IMG/VR virus record: IMGVR_UViG_3300021400_000138
Span: 121,391 to 185,390 of that record
Source: a virus
Taxonomy: Duplodnaviria > Caudoviricetes
Reading direction: 5' to 3' (one strand)
Length of the DNA: 64,000 nucleotides
A program made the translations under genes and the position numbers. A model generated the notes under the pieces. That model ran no database searches and was not told the origin of the DNA. It saw only the letters and a list, made by a program, of their open reading frames with translations. Below, piece by piece: positions 59,833 to 64,000 of this stretch; positions within the stretch are counted from its first letter, which is position 1; every line of letters starts with the position of its first letter.

Positions 59833-60890
59833 TATAATTCTTTTTCAGAAGATCCAAATATCTGATCAAATAATGTCTCAGAATCTGCATCTTCATCATA
59901 CTGTGGTTTATCCACGGTATATTTCTTTATAAACCTTTCATAAGTTTGAGAAAATGCATTCTTCAAACCCATCATTCTCGCCATATGACCTTTGAAAAAT
60001 ACATCCAAGTAAAGCCCTATTTTATTAACAGATTTGAATTCTTCATCTGGCTCAGGTACAGGTTTTTCATTTTCCCATTTTTGAATTAATTGACCAAAGG
60101 TCTTTGCTTCAGTAAGAGCATTAGAATTATTCTGATTTGGCTTAAGAGACATGCTGCCCATAAGATCCTGAAGAGTTTTATCTAACTCTTTTGTATCCTT
60201 ACTATTCTTCTGGGCCTTATCAATCTCAAGTTCTTTAAAACAGATTCTCTTAAAAAGAATTTCCTGTGCTTTATTTTCACACGCATAACGTTTTATCCAA
60301 TCTTGATATTCTGATTCCAAGAATAGAAGATCAGAATTTGTATACCCGTCACCAAATCTTTTCTTTGCTTGTTTTAAAGTCCTGGAATTTTCATTAATTT
60401 CTTCTTCGTCTTTATCAAAATAATCAGCTGGCATTTCAGAATCTTTCCATGTTTTGCCACGCCAATTTGGAAGCGACTTGATAACAGTTATATAATGTGA
60501 CCAGGCAGTGTTTCTATGTTTATCCTGAACATCTTCTGCACATGAAGTGAGCGCAGATTGATACATTGAATCAATATACGGAAGATCCATCATTTCAAGA
60601 ACTTTCATTGTTTTACTACGATTGTCTGTATACTAATTTGTTTTTTTATCATAGTCACAAGCCATACCTATTAAACATTTTTTGCAAATAGGAAATAAAC
60701 CACTAGAATATTTTTTATCTGTATAAAAACCATCAATCGCATGAAACTCATTGCACATGTGGCAATAGTATAAATTACCATCTAAAATTCTATTATAATC
60801 TTTAGCGAGATTATTATAAGCTTGCCTTATCTATGCAACACCTGTTTTTTTAACCTCTTCCTCGGTTAATGCTGGCTTAAGCCGTATCAT
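59832..60890 (-). CDS. Zn-finger protein upstream of terL (possible terminase small subunit), 352 aa; TAG=Gln
   Basis: ATG at 60890, CHMC...FY...PICKKC, TFGQLIQKWENEKPVP. Coupled to terL by TAATG. Confidence 0.6.
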
Positions 60891-60909
60891 TATCTCACCT
60901 ACCTTTTAA

Positions 60910-61203
60910 TCATATATACAAAACCAAATACTAATCACACTTCGTATGATCACAACACGAAACAATCGTTACAACATTATCCTTCGCAGAATAAATCAAT
61001 CTATGCCAATCGTTTATCCTTCTAGTACATTCTTTTCTATTCAGCAAAGCTTCTGGTCTACCTAATCCTCTGATTAATCCGTCTTGATTAATGCTATTGA
61101 TCAACGAATCAATTTTCTTTGCAATCTTCGGATTCTTTGCCTACCAGGAACTATAATCTTTATATGCCTGTTTACTCCATTGTATTTTATATCTGCGTTT
61201 CAT
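60910..61203 (-). CDS. yoeB: YoeB/Txe-family ribosome-dependent mRNase, orphan; TAG at codon 21
   Basis: IQWSKQAYKDYSSW(Q)AKNPKIAKKIDSLI...GLGRPEAL...TRRINDWHRLIY...IVSCCDH matches the YoeB pattern DYLYWQ..GKPEPL..SRRI..EHRLVY..CRYH. Confidence 0.8.
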
Positions 61204-61289
61204 ATATTTCTCCTTTTCATCATACAAAAAGAGCAGAAGAGTACCGAAATACTCCCCCGCTCTACGGGGAACACATATTCCCATCCAAG

Positions 61290-61362
61290 TCGAATATGTA
61301 CGATTTGAACGTCTCCCCAACATCCCAAATGTCGTGTGCTACCAGATTACACCACATACTCG
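61290..61362 (-). tRNA. tRNA-Pro(UGG) with atypical acceptor/T stems
   Basis: CGAGTATG TG GTGT AATCTGGTA GCAC A CGACA TT-TGG-GA TGTTG GGGA GACG TTCAAAT CGTA CATATTCG A. Confidence 0.7.
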
Positions 61363-61369
61363 CTATAAA

Positions 61370-61437
61370 TTCTTCTTGCAGAATCGAACCACAATCAGGA
61401 GAGGAGAGTAGATCCTCTACCTGAGTACCAACAAAGA
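61370..61437 (-). ncRNA. tRNA-like element lacking a D arm (degenerate tRNA or ncRNA)
   Basis: T arm TGTGG-TTCGATT-CTGCA, long arm TCAGG.AGAGGA/TCCTCT.CCTGA, weak terminal pairing TCTT/AAGA. Confidence 0.35.
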
Positions 61438-61649
61438 CTTATCTAATCCACATCACAAAGCTACAAACAAGAGATAACAAACCAACTGCGCCAAGCCCAG
61501 CAACAATCTCTCTTCCAATTATCTTTAAATAATCCAATGGACTCACCTCCAATATAAAAAATTGGGCAGCATATAAACCAAAACTTATCTGCCCATGAGT
61601 ACTAGTAACTCAAGTTTTATGGATTACGGCTTTGTTAGCCAAATATCAA

Positions 61650-62204
61650 TCAGGGCCATTCTCCAAGCGGGAAGCCAAGTTTGCGTTCAACGTTCGTATT
61701 AAAATACACACCCTTTGTTCCTTCGCCCGTAAGAACCTCGGTAGCAATATCCTGATAAAGAGTACTGATCAGACCAAATGCATCATTCAGATTATCCGCC
61801 GGGATCTGTACTACACAATTCTGGAAGATTACATATACCATTGAAAACCAAGCATATCCATCATCAGCAGGAGATACCGCCATAACAAATGCGGGATTCT
61901 TCTCAAAAGCAACCTCAAATAGTTCTTTCTTATTAATGAATGTTCTATTACTCGGAACACCATCAATAAAAACTTTCAACGTCACATTACCAAATTCATA
62001 TTCATCTGGAAGGATCTGACAAAGTGCAGCCACTTTGTCGCCATTATTACAAGCAATAACAACTGTTGGTGCCTCACCACTATAATCAACATTAAAGGCA
62101 ATCTGAGGATCGCCATCAAACAGCGCCTCAAGTTTTTTAGTAATCACAACCCAAGGCGGAGAAATCTTAAATCTTACATCACTCATAATCCTTTTCCTCC
62201 TCAT
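61650..62204 (-). CDS. Conserved hypothetical protein
   Basis: ORF track. Probable start MSDVRF at 62186 after GAGGAGG. Confidence 0.7.
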   Translation of the reverse strand: MRRKRIMSDVRFKISPPWVVITKKLEALFDGDPQIAFNVDYSGEAPTVVIACNNGDKVAALCQILPDEYEFGNVTLKVFIDGVPSNRTFINKKELFEVAFEKNPAFVMAVSPADDGYAWFSMVYVIFQNCVVQIPADNLNDAFGLISTLYQDIATEVLTGEGTKGVYFNTNVERKLGFPLGEWP

Positions 62205-62758
62205 CCCAAATAAGCATTCACAATGTTCATTGCAGTTTCTTCGTCAAGCTTGGTTGTTCCTCTATATCTAAACTTTTGCTGAGTTCCGCCAACACAGGTA
62301 CAAAAAACAAATCCATGACGATCCTTATCCCAATCAAAACATACCTGTGGATCATCCTCGTCTTCCTCACCATCAAACATAAACAATGTATAATCTTCAA
62401 TCCACGGAACATCTTCCAGGATCTTATCAATATACTCTTTTCTCGTATAAAGATAACCCTCGAATCCAATATACTTATCTTTTCCTTCACGAAGCATACG
62501 TTCGCAATACATTTCATAATCCTTTGTTACAGAAAGACACCATGTATCTTCATAACCATCCATATCTGGAGATTCAATGTGCAAACTCGGTAGAGTAAAA
62601 TTCCCGCTGAAACAAATAAGATCTACAATCAGTTTCTCGATGGTTTCATAATCAGCAACTACGTTAATGCTATCATAATCTTCCAGATTATCAATATTCT
62701 CCAGAATTTCATCAGCAAGTTCTTCAATACATTCGTAAACAATAACATCTTTTTTCAT
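62201..62758 (-). CDS. Acidic hypothetical protein
   Basis: ORF track, RBS AAGGAG. Confidence 0.7.
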   Translation of the reverse strand: MKKDVIVYECIEELADEILENIDNLEDYDSINVVADYETIEKLIVDLICFSGNFTLPSLHIESPDMDGYEDTWCLSVTKDYEMYCERMLREGKDKYIGFEGYLYTRKEYIDKILEDVPWIEDYTLFMFDGEEDEDDPQVCFDWDKDRHGFVFCTCVGGTQQKFRYRGTTKLDEETAMNIVNAYLG

Positions 62759-62813
62759 ATGCGCTTACTCCTTTTATTCAAAAATAGCCAGGGCTAATGC
62801 CCTAGCTATAACA

Positions 62814-63029
62814 TCACTCTTCATCGAGTGTCTTTTCCTGGTCAGTCTTTGTTGTAATAACAAACGTAATCTCTTCACCAACAAACGGTGCAAGACATTT
62901 TTCAACTGCAATCTCTGCGGACTCACCTTCTGAATTTTCATAAACAATTGTTTGGCAATCTTCTGATAGTACACCTTTGATTGTAAACTTATCCGTCATG
63001 TTACGTTTATATACATAATTCTTTGCCAT
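62814..63029 (-). CDS. Small hypothetical protein (YonK-like position)
   Basis: ORF track, RBS AAGGAG. Followed by a hairpin terminator at about 62780-62808. Confidence 0.65.
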   Translation of the reverse strand: MAKNYVYKRNMTDKFTIKGVLSEDCQTIVYENSEGESAEIAVEKCLAPFVGEEITFVITTKTDQEKTLDEE

Positions 63030-63044
63030 ATTCTTTTTATCTCC

Positions 63045-63677
63045 TTAATCAAAAATATCATCAATACTATCAATCAATTTATCAACAACACCGAGCGTTA
63101 CAAGATCATCCCCAGTAATATACCAATCTTTATTTTTATTACGATTAAATGTCTTCTCATCAATTTTTGTTCTAGAAAGAACATATTCTTTTGTTCTAGC
63201 AAGCTGCTTCTTATTATTTTTCTGGAATTCCTCAATTTCAGACTGAGTTCCTTGCATAGAAGCATAACCAGCATGAACAAGAGTTTGAGAGTGCTTAAAC
63301 GCATAACGCTTATGTCCCGCAATAAGAATTTCAAAACCCGCTGACATTGCAGCTCCCATAGCAATTGTAATAATTGGAATTCTACTTGCAATCAATAGAT
63401 CTGCAAAGTATATCGATTGAAAGCCATCCCCTCCGAAGGAATGGACCAAAATATATATGGGTTTAAGTTCTTCCTTTGGAATATCTTTTTCATCCATGTT
63501 CATTTGGATAATTACTTTTCCAAGTTCAATAAGAGCATAATCATCCTCAATTTCATAATCAATAGTAAAACATCTATTCTCTCTCAATTTCCAATATGTA
63601 TATTCTTCTGGAGAAGGAATATCAGACTCTTTAGCATGACCCAAAATTGGAAGGTCAAATGAAAGAAGTTCTCCCAT
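63045..63677 (-). CDS. clpP: ClpP-like serine protease
   Basis: PIYILVHSFGGD...GAAMSAG...GHKRYA..S.TLVH...DWYI...LGVVD. Confidence 0.85.
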   Translation of the reverse strand: MGELLSFDLPILGHAKESDIPSPEEYTYWKLRENRCFTIDYEIEDDYALIELGKVIIQMNMDEKDIPKEELKPIYILVHSFGGDGFQSIYFADLLIASRIPIITIAMGAAMSAGFEILIAGHKRYAFKHSQTLVHAGYASMQGTQSEIEEFQKNNKKQLARTKEYVLSRTKIDEKTFNRNKNKDWYITGDDLVTLGVVDKLIDSIDDIFD

Positions 63678-63680
63678 ATA

Positions 63681-64000
63681 TCAACCCTCCTTATTTGCCA
63701 AGCGTTTTTCTAATTCCGCAATTCTATTTTTCAGATCTTCAACTTCAGTTGAATCATTTCTTCCTTCTCTTAATCCGCGATAATCGTTAAGCACTTCTGT
63801 AAATACTTCCTGGAACTTGTCGTTATCCTCGAAAATAACCACACTACGCTTATGTTCCGGATCACTTCTATCAGCTTTAATACCAATAACCCTAACTTCG
63901 TTTGTGGGTTTCTGATCGATTTTATCTATAAGTCTTTTCGCAACTGTCATATTGCGAATAACTTTACCTTTAAGTTCAGTTTCATTTTCTACATTCCCTT
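63681..64000 (-). CDS. Hypothetical protein; frame is open to the window edge
   Basis: ORF 63681-63950 extends upstream without a stop (ENETELKGKVIRNMTVAKRL). Confidence 0.55.
   Translation of the reverse strand, partial: GNVENETELKGKVIRNMTVAKRLIDKIDQKPTNEVRVIGIKADRSDPEHKRSVVIFEDNDKFQEVFTEVLNDYRGLREGRNDSTEVEDLKNRIAELEKRLANKEG

Noticed and set aside
61650-63950. Claim that the genes upstream of the tRNAs use the standard code
   Set aside because: They lack TAG but are short, have few Gln codons and do not use TAG as a stop, so the data cannot separate the two codes.
1-64000. CRISPR array, diversity-generating retroelement, group II intron or IS transposase
   Set aside because: No regularly spaced repeats, reverse transcriptase motifs, GUGYG/AY intron ends or transposase motifs were seen.

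Overview
Late (virion morphogenesis) region of a large, low-GC tailed phage. Gene order is SPbeta/c-st-like, and the AGGAGG ribosome-binding sites and gene content suggest a Firmicutes (probably gut Clostridia) host. Almost all genes are on the minus strand: ClpP, tRNAs, terminase, portal, prohead protease, capsid, neck, major tail, an inserted accessory block, tape measure, distal tail and tail tip. The supplied ORF track is fragmented because the phage reads TAG as Gln (code 15): fragments join in frame across TAG, TAG aligns with Gln in internal repeats and conserved motifs, and the reconstructed genes end in TAA or TGA. Nine group I introns interrupt four essential genes (terL x1, head-completion gene x1, major tail x2, tape measure x5). 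After splicing and recoding, the tape measure gene gives one protein of about 7,470 aa. The most unusual items are: (1) a group I intron whose P6 loop carries a complete PemK/MazF-type toxin-antitoxin operon, with its own promoter and terminator, in place of a homing endonuclease; (2) an amber (CUA) suppressor tRNA whose long extra arm is a second anticodon-like arm with a Gln (CUG) loop; (3) an orphan YoeB-type toxin that can only be made when TAG is read through. All calls were made by eye; no database searches were run.
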